A stretch of 59,345 bases of DNA from a virus, in the IMG/VR virus record IMGVR_UViG_3300009285_000007, positions 1 through 59,345 of that record. One strand, given 5' to 3'. The translations under genes and the position numbers were made by a program. A model generated the notes under the pieces. The model ran no database searches and was not told where the DNA came from. It saw only the letters and a list, made by a program, of their open reading frames with translations. This document shows positions 36,266 to 46,480 of this stretch, piece after piece (within the stretch, counting starts at the first letter, position 1; every line of letters starts with the position of its first letter).

Positions 36266-38008
36266 ATGCCTGACTCGCAAGAGAAGGTCGGGCTCATCGT
36301 CGAAGCGACAGATAAAGCGTCGGCAGTGATCAAGCAGATCGGCGCGACTGCCACCAGTGCGTTCAACGGCGTTTCAGATGGCGTCAAGAAAGCTGGAGCG
36401 CACATTGCTTCGCTACCGGACAAGCTTGGCAAGAGCGCAACGGCGCTGCTGTTGTTCCAGAACGCGACTTCTCAGATGGGTGGCAAAGTCGCTGACGCGG
36501 CAAACAAGCTCGCAGCCCTCGGTGGAATCATTGCAACCGGGGGGCCTGTTGGTATTGCCATCGCAGGGCTGACGCTCGGGCTTGCCGCGGCTTCCTACGC
36601 CTGGGAGGCATTCACGCAGGAAACGCGCGATGCAGAGACGGCCCAGAAGGCTATCACCGATGTCTTCGCTCGCAACAATGAGAAGCTCACATCGGCTCGG
36701 GAGAGGACGAAGGCCCTGGGCGACGAGGTCAAGTTCTTTGGCCTCACTACGCGAGAAGCTGCTGTTGCGTCGCTCAAGGAACAGATCGCAACGCAGCAGA
36801 AAGCCATCGAGTCGGCGCAGGCTCATGCGGACGCGCTGATCTGGAATGGCCGCGCATTTCGCGAATTGGCCGGCGCACAGAAGGAAGATTGGGAAGTCAC
36901 GCAGAAGACAATCGAGCAAAGCAAGGCATTGATTTCTGAGCGTGAGGCACAGTTAGGGGAGCTTCGCGAACTTCTGCGATTGGAGAAACAAAAGAGCGAC
37001 ACCGACAAGCGCCAGCAGGCGACCGAGGCAGCCTCCATGGCGCGCCGCAATGAAATTCTCGCGACGTTGAAACAGGAGATCGAAGCGTGGGGTCCACTAA
37101 ACAAGGAGCAGGCAAGGTACGGCCAGACAATAAGTGGCAACGGTGGTCAGCTTGCCATGTTGGCCGCAAAACTCGAGCACGTTGATCGGCTTTCCAAAGC
37201 GCAGGCTGAGAATCTCAAACAAGAGATCGACCTGTCGAAGCTAGTCCGTGACGAAGAGACCGCCACCATCAACAAGATCATTGAGCGTCGCGAGTTCGCG
37301 CACAACCAAATGCTCATGCAGATGAAGCGCGAGCGGACACTACGAGAGAAGGATCTTGCGTGGCAGGAAACGCAAGCACGAGAGACCGACGCGAAGCTCA
37401 CGTCCATGGAGAAACAACGGGGTGAGATGTCGGTACAGATCGCCGGCAGTACAATGCAGGCCTATGGCGCCGCGTTCACGAGCATCATCGAGGGCTCGGA
37501 AGGTGCCGGCAGGGCTATGCTCAAGGCCACCGTGCAAGCCGCATACGGAGCCATTATGGCCTACGCGGCGACATCGGCGGCCGGCGCAGCGTCGTCCCAA
37601 TCGGCAATCCCAGTGGTCGGGCCATTCCTGGCTCCGATAGCCGCAACTGTGATCTTCGGCCTCGTCATGGCGCTCATCAACAAGCTCCCGAGTTTCGCCA
37701 CCGGCGGCTCGATCACTGGCGGAATTCCCGGCATCGACAGCGTGCCGATCCTCACGCAGGCAAAGGAGCGCGTGCTCAGCGTGCGGCAAAACGATCTTTT
37801 CGAGCGGCTGGTGACGACGCTCGAGGGTCGAAGCAGTGGCGGCGGTAGCCTTGCCCTCGCCGGGGCCGGCGTCGGTACGTTTGGCGGTGGCGGGTCGATC
37901 AATCTGACAATCCGCTCCGACGTTCCACCGACCAACATGGACTACCTCAAGGCAAGTCGTAAGATCGCCAGGGCGACGAAAGACCTAGCGCGCAGGAGGA
38001 TGACTTAG
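36266..38008 (+). CDS. Tape measure protein
   Basis: 580 aa, coiled-coil rich, Gly/Ala hydrophobic segments. Position after the chaperones. Confidence 0.9.
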   Translation: MPDSQEKVGLIVEATDKASAVIKQIGATATSAFNGVSDGVKKAGAHIASLPDKLGKSATALLLFQNATSQMGGKVADAANKLAALGGIIATGGPVGIAIAGLTLGLAAASYAWEAFTQETRDAETAQKAITDVFARNNEKLTSARERTKALGDEVKFFGLTTREAAVASLKEQIATQQKAIESAQAHADALIWNGRAFRELAGAQKEDWEVTQKTIEQSKALISEREAQLGELRELLRLEKQKSDTDKRQQATEAASMARRNEILATLKQEIEAWGPLNKEQARYGQTISGNGGQLAMLAAKLEHVDRLSKAQAENLKQEIDLSKLVRDEETATINKIIERREFAHNQMLMQMKRERTLREKDLAWQETQARETDAKLTSMEKQRGEMSVQIAGSTMQAYGAAFTSIIEGSEGAGRAMLKATVQAAYGAIMAYAATSAAGAASSQSAIPVVGPFLAPIAATVIFGLVMALINKLPSFATGGSITGGIPGIDSVPILTQAKERVLSVRQNDLFERLVTTLEGRSSGGGSLALAGAGVGTFGGGGSINLTIRSDVPPTNMDYLKASRKIARATKDLARRRMT

Positions 38009-38907
38009 TGGCGTGGTCCAGCGCAGCATTGTCAGCGGCAGAGTCGACCGGGTTCGCCGCGGACAAGCCGGTGATCGGCGCGCAGGTATGCCCGCGCTCG
38101 CCGACTGACGTACGGTGGAATACCACGGGCAGCCTCGCCACAGCGGACGACGTTAACGCATCGTACCCATGCCATCGAGTCTACGACGGCAAGCTGCAAT
38201 ACACGTCCACGCGCACGACCGCCGCAACGCAGTCCTATCTGATCTTCGACTTCGCTGCAGCCGGTATTGAGTTTGACGCACTGCTGCTCGGCAGTGGGCA
38301 CAACCTCTACACCGACGCCTGCAACCTGACGCTCGACATCGACGACGCGAGCAACTTCTCCGGTGCGTCGAACCTGCTCACCGTAGCGTCATTCGCGGCG
38401 AACATGCGCTACGCCGCCTGGGATCTTCACCACACCGGGAGCGTGCCACTACGTTACAGCGCGGTGCGATATGCCAGGCTCGGCATGTTGTCCGCGGGGG
38501 CGGTGACGCCAGAGTTGTCGGAGGTCATCTTTCTTCGCAGGCGGCAACTGCCGCGCAACCCGAGCACGCCATTCAACCCCACGGCATTGCGCGCACAGTC
38601 GGAAATCGGCGCCACGGCAGGCGGGTCACTGACGAACCATATCGACCACGAGGGGCGGTTCGACCTGTCCGCAAGATGGCCGCTAAAGTCGGATGCGGAG
38701 GCTGCAGATGTTGAGGCTTGGTACAAGCAGTGTGGCGGCCAGGTCATCTATTGCCCGCAGCCGACCACCTATCCGCACCGATTCAACCTGATGCAGATCG
38801 CGGACTACTCTCTTGAGCTGCCCGTGCAAGGCTTCGTCAAACGCACGTTTACGCTCGAATCAGTCGAGCAGGGACCGGAGAGGTTCTACCTCTCGAAGGA
38901 AGTCTAA
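38008..38907 (+). CDS. Distal tail protein (by position)
   Basis: GTG start overlapping the tape-measure TAG by one nt (TAGTG). Confidence 0.7.
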   Translation: MAWSSAALSAAESTGFAADKPVIGAQVCPRSPTDVRWNTTGSLATADDVNASYPCHRVYDGKLQYTSTRTTAATQSYLIFDFAAAGIEFDALLLGSGHNLYTDACNLTLDIDDASNFSGASNLLTVASFAANMRYAAWDLHHTGSVPLRYSAVRYARLGMLSAGAVTPELSEVIFLRRRQLPRNPSTPFNPTALRAQSEIGATAGGSLTNHIDHEGRFDLSARWPLKSDAEAADVEAWYKQCGGQVIYCPQPTTYPHRFNLMQIADYSLELPVQGFVKRTFTLESVEQGPERFYLSKEV

Positions 38908-38910
38908 CCC

Positions 38911-41271
38911 GTGGCACTGTCGCCGTCAGCAGCATGGTACGAGGGGATGTCGCGTGCGAATCCACGCGTGCGCCTACTTGCGATCATCGCCGATGGAACG
39001 AACACATGGAAAGCGCTCGACAAGTCCTGCGACGAATTCACTTACCCGGAGGCTATCAGCGAGGTGGGTGCTCTGAGCGCTCGGGTCGACCCATTTACGC
39101 GCGAGGTCGAGATCGGCGGAATCGACATCGGTGCCGAGGACGACTGGTTGCGTCCTATTTGGGTCAACAACCGACTTAAGGGCCAGTCCATCCAGGTAAA
39201 GATAGGGCCTGCCGAAGCTGGCGAGTCGGACTTCATCAACTACTTCACGGGAATCATCGAGGACTTGAAACCAGACGGTAAGCGTCAGTACATCACGATC
39301 AAGACGCTTGATCTGTTCGGCTTCTTGGCAGTCAAGAAAGTCAAAGGCTACTGGATCAACAAACACCCGCTGCAGGCGATGTATTTGGGTGATGGGACCG
39401 GCATCCTCGAGCTCGCCGGTGTGCCCACGGCGCTCATCGACACGGCGAGCTTTGACCCGAGCGACGCGGCAAATGTGTCCATTGGTCATTGGGTCGTTTC
39501 GCGCGGCGGGAGGATGTTCGGCGGTGGGGATCTTGGAGTGACAGAACCCGTCCCGGCGATGGACCTGGTCAGAGAGTTGTCGCAGTTGCTCGGCGGCGGG
39601 TTGGTGATCAACGAAGCCGGTCAACTGTCGTTCGTCCGCTTCGACGCGACCGCGAGTGCCGTCGTTGACTGGACGATGGGCGATCACATCATCAACCCAA
39701 TCGAAGTGGAGAGTACCGAAGGCAAGATCTGCAACAAAGTTACCGTCCGGTCACACCGTGTTGAATCAGACACGTTCGGCGATGACGGCTTTATGGTCGA
39801 ATTCTCAGACGAAGACACGGACAGCGAATCCCAGGTGTCATATCTCGGTGGCGACCCGCGTGTAATCGACCTGGATCCAATCGACACAGCGTGGATCAAC
39901 GGCAGCGGACAACTACTCACAGGAATCAGTGACGTAGATACGTCGATGGTTATTTACCATCCGACAGGCATGGCCGGAGCGAACATCGGTAGCGGTTCGG
40001 TACCTGCATGGGCTCAACTTACCGGAGGTCGCGTTGCCTACTTCCTCATCTCGAACTTGTGGGGCGACGAGAATGAGATCGTCAAGGCAACCGCATGCTC
40101 GATCACGTCATACGGCTCCTACACCGGTGTAGCTAATCCCAACACTGGTAGCGATGACATCATGTACTCCCCTGGTTCGGCGACCTATACCATCGTGCGC
40201 GGGCAGTTAGGGACCACAGCACAGGAATGGGATAGTAGCTTAGATGGCGGACAGAGTGCCGTGTCTGTACGCGACATCACGGTCAATGTTGCCGTGGTCG
40301 ACGCATTACTCAGCAGATTCGGGGAGGGCGCCACAGAGATCTCGGTGGAGACGTCGATAGCCGAGTGCGACAAGCAGGTTGGAGACCTCGTCACGATCAC
40401 GGACCCGAGCTACGTGGCATACGGCAAGGACGGGATCACCACATCCGACAAGTGGGAGATCGTTTCGAAAGAGTTGAATCCAGCGTCTCCTGGATTCGTG
40501 CGCTGGTCACTCGTCTACGCTGCAGCTGTGGTGAATACGAGATCGAGAGCGATACGCGTTCCATACCCTGGGCGCAGCGCGCTGCTGCGCAGCTCGCACG
40601 CCGCTGCTGATGCACTGCAACCAGCAGTGGTTGACGGGCTCGCCGTGTCGGCCGTAGTCGGATCGTCGACAGCAACCGTGGCAGCCGGCGTCATGGCGGC
40701 GCACCCGTACAAGTCGCGGCTGGCGTCCGATGTCGATGTGACAGTGGCGAATAGCCAGGACACGTGGATCGCCTACGATCCAGGCACCAACTCCGTCGTT
40801 CCATACCCAGTCGCCAACGGTGCACCGGAGCCAGACCGCGCACCGCTGCACAAGTGGCTTGCGAAGGTCGTGACTGATGGGTCTGGTGTGGCGTCGAAGA
40901 CAGACCTTCGGGAGACTTTGCCGGTTCCGGGGGCAAACCTCAAAGCTGGCGTTGGCATGGGCCCCCTAACCCACCTGAGCGCCGCCGGAGCACTCGACAA
41001 TCTGACCAGCGTCACCACGCGCAGCCTGGACAGCCTGACCGATGGCACGTACGCCAGGGTGCTTGCGGCCGGCCTGACCGCGGGCAAGGTCAACACGACT
41101 GGATTCGTTGCCGGTGCGGTCGACTCTGCGGCTCTCGGCACCGGCGCGGTGTCGACGGCAAGCAAAGTCGCTGACGGGGCTATTGGTCTGATCAAGATGG
41201 ACCTATCGCAGCAATTCGGCGGGAGAACTATCGTCGCCAACGGCGCCATGACCATGTACACGAGAGGGTAG
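38911..41271 (+). CDS. Tail tip / central fibre protein (786 aa, by position)
   Basis: GTG start follows AAGGAAG. Large beta-rich protein after the Dit-position gene. Confidence 0.75.
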   Translation: MALSPSAAWYEGMSRANPRVRLLAIIADGTNTWKALDKSCDEFTYPEAISEVGALSARVDPFTREVEIGGIDIGAEDDWLRPIWVNNRLKGQSIQVKIGPAEAGESDFINYFTGIIEDLKPDGKRQYITIKTLDLFGFLAVKKVKGYWINKHPLQAMYLGDGTGILELAGVPTALIDTASFDPSDAANVSIGHWVVSRGGRMFGGGDLGVTEPVPAMDLVRELSQLLGGGLVINEAGQLSFVRFDATASAVVDWTMGDHIINPIEVESTEGKICNKVTVRSHRVESDTFGDDGFMVEFSDEDTDSESQVSYLGGDPRVIDLDPIDTAWINGSGQLLTGISDVDTSMVIYHPTGMAGANIGSGSVPAWAQLTGGRVAYFLISNLWGDENEIVKATACSITSYGSYTGVANPNTGSDDIMYSPGSATYTIVRGQLGTTAQEWDSSLDGGQSAVSVRDITVNVAVVDALLSRFGEGATEISVETSIAECDKQVGDLVTITDPSYVAYGKDGITTSDKWEIVSKELNPASPGFVRWSLVYAAAVVNTRSRAIRVPYPGRSALLRSSHAAADALQPAVVDGLAVSAVVGSSTATVAAGVMAAHPYKSRLASDVDVTVANSQDTWIAYDPGTNSVVPYPVANGAPEPDRAPLHKWLAKVVTDGSGVASKTDLRETLPVPGANLKAGVGMGPLTHLSAAGALDNLTSVTTRSLDSLTDGTYARVLAAGLTAGKVNTTGFVAGAVDSAALGTGAVSTASKVADGAIGLIKMDLSQQFGGRTIVANGAMTMYTRG

Positions 41272-41309
41272 TGTGGTATGATGCGGGCATCTCAATCAGG
41301 AGGGGCCAA

Positions 41310-42350
41310 ATGCTGCGAGTTGCTTGCATCACTCTGCTCTGCGCCGTCTCGTGTGGCGATTCCTACTACGTCTCGGAGGGAGGGACCGAGACCTACTACG
41401 TCGAGACTGATGGCGAGCATGTCATTGCCGGCGGTGACATCGGAGGCGACCCGATGAGCAACTACCCGCCCGATGGATGGAGCCTGAGCGGCACCGGCTG
41501 CGTCTGGGGCACGGACGCGCAGGTCAACACGGTAATCGCCAACCGAATCGGCGACTCATGCGTCGAGTTCTTGCCGACGACTCCAGCGGGAGCGCCGGTG
41601 TGGACACTGACGACCCCGGTGCCAATCGACGAGAACAGGCCATACAAGGTCGATGCTATCGTGCAGGCGGATAGTATCGCCGCCGGAAACACCGTCACTC
41701 TGCGGATCAACTGGTACGATGCCGACAAGGCATACCTCAGCTACGATTCCGCGTACGCTGCAGTCCTACCCAGCGCGAACGTGTGGCACGAGCTGAGCGG
41801 CATCTTCAACCCGCCGGCCGGGGCGCGATACGCGAGCCCGAGATTCACGAAGGAGAAGAATGCGTTCTCGGCGTATCTGGATTGGCTGGTGATCGAGGAG
41901 GTGAGGCGCAGCTTCAGTGCTTACCTAAGCAGTGCTCAGACCGGCGTTTCAGGTGGTGACGTGATCGAGTTTGACTCCGAGAGATACGACTTCGGATCCA
42001 TGTTCGACAACGTCACGAATTACGATTGGCTTTGCCCAGCTACGGGTTCCTACTCGCTACAAGCGTCCGTTCGCAACGATGCCTTTACGCCGCTTGACGA
42101 CGGCGAATACCTCCAGGTGCGGCTGTACAAGAGCACAAATGCGTGGTCGTCGTCCACCCAACTTGCGGACGGCACCATGTGCTGGGTGTCAGCGAATTCG
42201 GCCGATGCTGCCTCGGCAGTGGCATACACCGGCTATTTCAACCGCGGGGATCGTGTGCGCGTCAACGTCTATCACTCACACGGAAGTGCTATCAGTCTAG
42301 CTGGCGCTGCAGCGACGAACTATTCCTTCTTTGCCGTCAGTGAGCTGTAA
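41310..42350 (+). CDS. Lipobox-bearing protein with CBM-like jelly-roll and C-terminal C1q/TNF-like domain (receptor-binding candidate)
   Basis: AGGAGG RBS. MLRVACITLLCAVSCGDS. The C terminus FSAYLSSAQTGVSGGDVIEFDSERYDFGSMFD...GSYSLQA...GDRVRVNVY...FFAVSEL is C1q-like. Confidence 0.75.
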   Translation: MLRVACITLLCAVSCGDSYYVSEGGTETYYVETDGEHVIAGGDIGGDPMSNYPPDGWSLSGTGCVWGTDAQVNTVIANRIGDSCVEFLPTTPAGAPVWTLTTPVPIDENRPYKVDAIVQADSIAAGNTVTLRINWYDADKAYLSYDSAYAAVLPSANVWHELSGIFNPPAGARYASPRFTKEKNAFSAYLDWLVIEEVRRSFSAYLSSAQTGVSGGDVIEFDSERYDFGSMFDNVTNYDWLCPATGSYSLQASVRNDAFTPLDDGEYLQVRLYKSTNAWSSSTQLADGTMCWVSANSADAASAVAYTGYFNRGDRVRVNVYHSHGSAISLAGAAATNYSFFAVSEL

Positions 42351-42370
42351 CCAGGCCGTAGGAGACCCCC

Positions 42371-42835
42371 ATGCTTTCCAAGCGCCTCACCATCGCAACC
42401 CTAGCCCTGGTCATGCTCGCTGGCTTCTCTAGCCAGCGCGCGCTCAGGCAGAAGCTTGCAACCCTCGTCAACAACCTGGGCCTCGACGCCACGCGCTCGT
42501 TCACGGTCGCACCGTGCAATGACTCCGGCGACTGCTACAGCACGCTTGTGCTGACGCTGAATCACAGCGTGCACAACAGCGCGACTGCCATTGCCATGTC
42601 TTGCACGGCGACGGTGGACGACGGGACCACCGACGCGACGCTGCAAGAGTGTGCGGTCGCCAACGGGGTGTGCACGTCGAGTGACGCCTCATGGTCGAAG
42701 GCTGTGAGCGGCACTGCCGTCTGGGCCTGGCGAGTGGACGTGCGCGGCTATCCGTCCGTCACGTGCACGATCACCGACACGGGTGGCGACGCGGCCGACA
42801 AGATTACCGTCAAGGGCGTCCTGGTGACGTGGTGA
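42371..42835 (+). CDS. Hypothetical secreted/anchored Cys-containing protein
   Basis: N-terminal MLSKRLTIATLALVMLAGFSS. Confidence 0.7.
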   Translation: MLSKRLTIATLALVMLAGFSSQRALRQKLATLVNNLGLDATRSFTVAPCNDSGDCYSTLVLTLNHSVHNSATAIAMSCTATVDDGTTDATLQECAVANGVCTSSDASWSKAVSGTAVWAWRVDVRGYPSVTCTITDTGGDAADKITVKGVLVTW

Positions 42836-42843
42836 GGTACGCA

Positions 42844-43629
42844 ATGAGGCATCTACTCTGGATCGCGCCCGTCGTGGCGCTCGCCGGTGTGGCGTTCGCA
42901 GGGACGGTGGGCGGCTCACACTTCGTCGACGCGACGCCGAGCAACTACATCAACGGCTCCGGTGCCTCCGCCGGCCCGCTCCACCTCGGCGATGATGAGC
43001 CGCTCTACACCGGCTCCAGCAACGACTGCTGGACCGAGTGGGAGACCGGCACAACTCCCGACCGCTGGGAGCTTGAGTGCACGGACGTGGACGGCGGCGG
43101 TACGGACGGCGTTGTGTGCTCAGTGGACCAGGGCACGGATGACCTGGTGTGCTCGGGTGACGTCGATGTGACCGGCGATCTGACGGCCGGCACGCTGCAA
43201 GGCCAGACCGTCTCCCTCTCCGGCACCCTCACCGTCGAGGCGGGCGGGTGCACGTGCAACCAGGACGTGACGAGCGATGCCTACGCGACCTTCGCCGGTG
43301 TGGCTCTCACCGTCCCGACGCTCATGGAGCCTGCCGGTACGACGCAGACAATCACCTGGACGGACGGCATTCTCCAGCGCCTCGACCTCGGGAGTGCGAC
43401 GGGCACCGTCACGATCACCTGGGCAGGCGCCGCGGCCGGCCGGCAACTCGCCTTGGAGATCACACAGGCGGCGACGGCCCGGGCGATCACCTGGCCGGCC
43501 ACCGTCGATTGGGACTACGGATCTGCGCCGACGCTGAGCACCGGCGAGGACGAGGTGGACATCGTGCACTGCTACATCTTCGTGACCGGCGTAGAGCGGT
43601 GCCGCATCGTCGGGCAGGCATCGGAATGA
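42844..43629 (+). CDS. Hypothetical protein with Sec-type signal peptide (AFA/G)
   Basis: MRHLLWIAPVVALAGVAFAGTVGG. The track ORF's N-terminal extension is a shadow. Confidence 0.7.
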   Translation: MRHLLWIAPVVALAGVAFAGTVGGSHFVDATPSNYINGSGASAGPLHLGDDEPLYTGSSNDCWTEWETGTTPDRWELECTDVDGGGTDGVVCSVDQGTDDLVCSGDVDVTGDLTAGTLQGQTVSLSGTLTVEAGGCTCNQDVTSDAYATFAGVALTVPTLMEPAGTTQTITWTDGILQRLDLGSATGTVTITWAGAAAGRQLALEITQAATARAITWPATVDWDYGSAPTLSTGEDEVDIVHCYIFVTGVERCRIVGQASE

Positions 43630-45311
43630 CCCGCCGCGCCTATCTCCTGCTTGGGCTGCTGGCCGCCCTCACCGGCTACGCCTTCGCTGGCCCCGGCGGC
43701 TCCGGCGTTCGCTTCTGGTTGCGTGACAGCTCGCATGCGGACGCGGCCTCGGGCGCCACCGCCACCAAGACCAACACCGGCCCCACCTACTGCTGGGTGG
43801 ATGGCGAACTGACCGAGTTCGCCGACGACGTGCTGCGCTCCGGCTGCGAGATCCCGCCCGGCCTGACCGGCGGGGGAGATCCGGCGAGGTGCGACTATCA
43901 CAGCCACCCGTCGATCACGAATTCGATCCTACAGAGTGAGAACCTGGCGGCGACGTGGAGTGTTGACGGTGGCGTGGGGGTGGTGACATGCGGGCACGCA
44001 TCCACAGCGTTCGCCGATGCCAGGACGGTGTGCAAGATCACCGATGACAACGCCACTGCGTGGGAGGATGCCTATCAAGCCGTGGCGCACGGCTTGAGCA
44101 ATGACGATCCCGTAGTATTGTGCGTCGTTGCGTATGCCGACGATGCGCAAACGCTCGATGTCCAGTTTCGTGAGGCGGCAGGGGCCTGCGGCGGCGGGGC
44201 GACAAACTATCAAGTTGATTCTGTCGCGTTGACCACCGCACCCACGATCCACTGCTGGGCGCACACGATACACGACGCGACTTGTACGAACATAGTACCG
44301 ATCCTGAACCCGCACGACGTGGCAGACGGCGTTGCTGGAGTCGGCCACGCCTACGTCACCGCCGTTCAAGTCCTGCTCGGCACCGCGACCATCCCCTCGA
44401 TCTACTGCCCCACCACCGCCGCCGCGAACACCTGCGGGGTAGACGCCTTGTCGTACGCCATCGCCAACAGCGCGATCACCACGACAGCCAACCTTGCGGT
44501 GGCGGTGGCGGATGCTACCCAGGAAGGTGGTGATACAAGCGCGTGGACGACGACAAACGCAACGCTCAGCAAGAGCGCTGCGAACCCGCATGATGGGACA
44601 CAGGCTCTCCGTATTACCTATGCCAGCAGTGCCAACGGGAGCGCGTACCAGACGACGACGTTAACGGTGGGCCGCAAGTACCGCGTTCAGGCGTGGGCCC
44701 GCGGTGATGGCACGGCCAATCCTCGCATTGGCACAGGGGCTACAGGGAACAAGTTTACCACCGGGACTAACAGTACGGAGTGGCAACTGCTCGATGGCAC
44801 CGCGGTCGCCGACCACGCTTACTTTGTGCTGGGATCGGCCGGCATGGCTGTAGGTACCTGGGTGGAGTATGACTCCCCCACGCTGACCCCGATCACCGAC
44901 ATCACCGAGGAGCTGCGGGGGACGGTGAGGGTGGAGATGGATGTCTCGGTGTTCGTAGCGGACATTCCGGCAACGGCGGTCTTGTGGCACCTGGACAATG
45001 GCATAGCAGCGCAGCGAGCATCGGGCTATTTCTCCGACGCCGAGAGGTTGTTGTGGGTCACTACTCCCGGTGGCACGGATATGACTAGTGCCCCGCAGGT
45101 TTTAGCTGCTGGTGCATCATATCGCTTTGAATGGCGCAGTAACTACGACTTGGATGCGCACGAGGAGCGCATCGGCGGCGCGTCTGTTGGCACAAGTGCG
45201 GTAGCGCGCAGCAGTCCTGTCGGCATCACCACGTTCAGGATCGGAATGAACACAACGGCCGGCCAGCCTCCTGGTGGTGCCTGTTTCTCCAACATTCGAG
45301 TGAGCCGATGA
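43626..45311 (+). CDS. Signal-peptide protein with CBM_4_9-like / lectin-like domains (561 aa)
   Basis: MTRRAYLLLGLLAALTGYAFAGPGG. GDTSAWTTTNATLSKSAANPHDGTQALRITY...GRKYRVQAWARGDG is a CBM-like pattern. ATGA start. Confidence 0.75.
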   Translation: MTRRAYLLLGLLAALTGYAFAGPGGSGVRFWLRDSSHADAASGATATKTNTGPTYCWVDGELTEFADDVLRSGCEIPPGLTGGGDPARCDYHSHPSITNSILQSENLAATWSVDGGVGVVTCGHASTAFADARTVCKITDDNATAWEDAYQAVAHGLSNDDPVVLCVVAYADDAQTLDVQFREAAGACGGGATNYQVDSVALTTAPTIHCWAHTIHDATCTNIVPILNPHDVADGVAGVGHAYVTAVQVLLGTATIPSIYCPTTAAANTCGVDALSYAIANSAITTTANLAVAVADATQEGGDTSAWTTTNATLSKSAANPHDGTQALRITYASSANGSAYQTTTLTVGRKYRVQAWARGDGTANPRIGTGATGNKFTTGTNSTEWQLLDGTAVADHAYFVLGSAGMAVGTWVEYDSPTLTPITDITEELRGTVRVEMDVSVFVADIPATAVLWHLDNGIAAQRASGYFSDAERLLWVTTPGGTDMTSAPQVLAAGASYRFEWRSNYDLDAHEERIGGASVGTSAVARSSPVGITTFRIGMNTTAGQPPGGACFSNIRVSR

Positions 45312-46015
45312 CCCGCATTCAGCAAGCCCTTGCCGCAGCCGCAATCCTAGTCGCCGGTGGCGCGACCCTGACACTCGCCCTCCACGACGCTGGCCAGGCA
45401 CTCGACCCGCCGGGCACGTGCGTGGAGTGGTGCACGGCGACAGCGCGGGCCAGGGACAGCCAATGGCACAGCACCTTCTTCGTGGCGCTCCAGCAGGGCG
45501 TCACCGTCCCAGCCGCGCACGGCGAGCGCGTGATCGGCGACTGCTCCGGCGGCGAGTGCAGGATCGAGCCGGGCGGGTGCGGGCAATGCCCCGTGGTCTA
45601 CACGTACCAACTCGGCGCTCTCGTCAACGGGTGGCGGCTGTTCCGCGTGCGGGCGCCGGCCTACGTTGCAGGCTCACTCAAGGCGTGGGCGGCCGAGACG
45701 CCGGGCGCCAAGTTCCTCGGCTCGTTCGCCGCAGTCAAACAAGCGTGCCTCGCGGTCATGTCGCCGGCCAACTGCCTCGCAGCGCTGCAATCCGTATCCG
45801 ACTGCTGGCTCCTGTCAACCGGCGATGCCTGCCGACATGGCTATCTCGTGCGCCTGACCGGGCCGGGCGACCTGGAGCCGCTGGCCTGCCCGTGGGCTCA
45901 GGTCGTAGCGTCGATGGACTGCGAGCAGCAGGGTGGAGCACCGGACCGGGTACTCGTAGAGGCGCAGCAGGTGTGGGCTGACGGGGAGATCGACGCGGCC
46001 TCTCTGGCCGAGTGA
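45308..46015 (+). CDS. Hypothetical Cys-rich protein with N-terminal hydrophobic anchor
   Basis: ATGA start. MTRIQQALAAAAILVAGGATLTLAL. Confidence 0.7.
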   Translation: MTRIQQALAAAAILVAGGATLTLALHDAGQALDPPGTCVEWCTATARARDSQWHSTFFVALQQGVTVPAAHGERVIGDCSGGECRIEPGGCGQCPVVYTYQLGALVNGWRLFRVRAPAYVAGSLKAWAAETPGAKFLGSFAAVKQACLAVMSPANCLAALQSVSDCWLLSTGDACRHGYLVRLTGPGDLEPLACPWAQVVASMDCEQQGGAPDRVLVEAQQVWADGEIDAASLAE

Positions 46016-46022
46016 GGGAGAC

Positions 46023-46286
46023 ATGGCGAACGGCAACGGCAACGGATCGGTTGTCAAGGTGGTCGCAGCCATCGCCGGCCCGCTCGTTGTCGCGGCCGTC
46101 GTCTGGCTGTGGTCGCAAACGGTCGCGCTCGGGCAGCAGGCGACACGGGCAGAGACGCGCGCCGAGGCTGTCCGGGTCGAGCTCGACGTGATGCGGTCGC
46201 AATGGCGTGCTGACGTGGTCGATATCAAAGCTGACGTGCGCTCGATCCGCGACGCGCTGCAGCAACGGGGGCATGGCGGCAGATGA
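46023..46286 (+). CDS. Membrane-anchored coiled-coil protein (lysis-module; holin/spanin-like)
   Basis: One TM segment (VVKVVAAIAGPLVVAAVVWLW) followed by a coiled coil. Confidence 0.65.
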   Translation: MANGNGNGSVVKVVAAIAGPLVVAAVVWLWSQTVALGQQATRAETRAEAVRVELDVMRSQWRADVVDIKADVRSIRDALQQRGHGGR

Positions 46287-46480
46287 CCGACGCCCTCGCC
46301 CGCCGCCTCGACGCTCTCGAGCGCCGCGTCGCCTCGCTCGAAGGGCAGCAGATCGCCTACCCTCTCAGGCTGTGCCCGGGCTGCAACCAGATGCGCCCCT
46401 ACGACGCCGACGCGTGGCGCAACGACGCAGGCCGGGGCACGCGCTACGTGTGCGCGGCGTGCTCGGGGAGAGCACCGTGA
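46283..46480 (+). CDS. Hypothetical Zn-ribbon protein (65 aa)
   Basis: ATGA overlap upstream and GTGA overlap downstream. CPGC...CAAC. Confidence 0.6.
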   Translation: MTDALARRLDALERRVASLEGQQIAYPLRLCPGCNQMRPYDADAWRNDAGRGTRYVCAACSGRAP

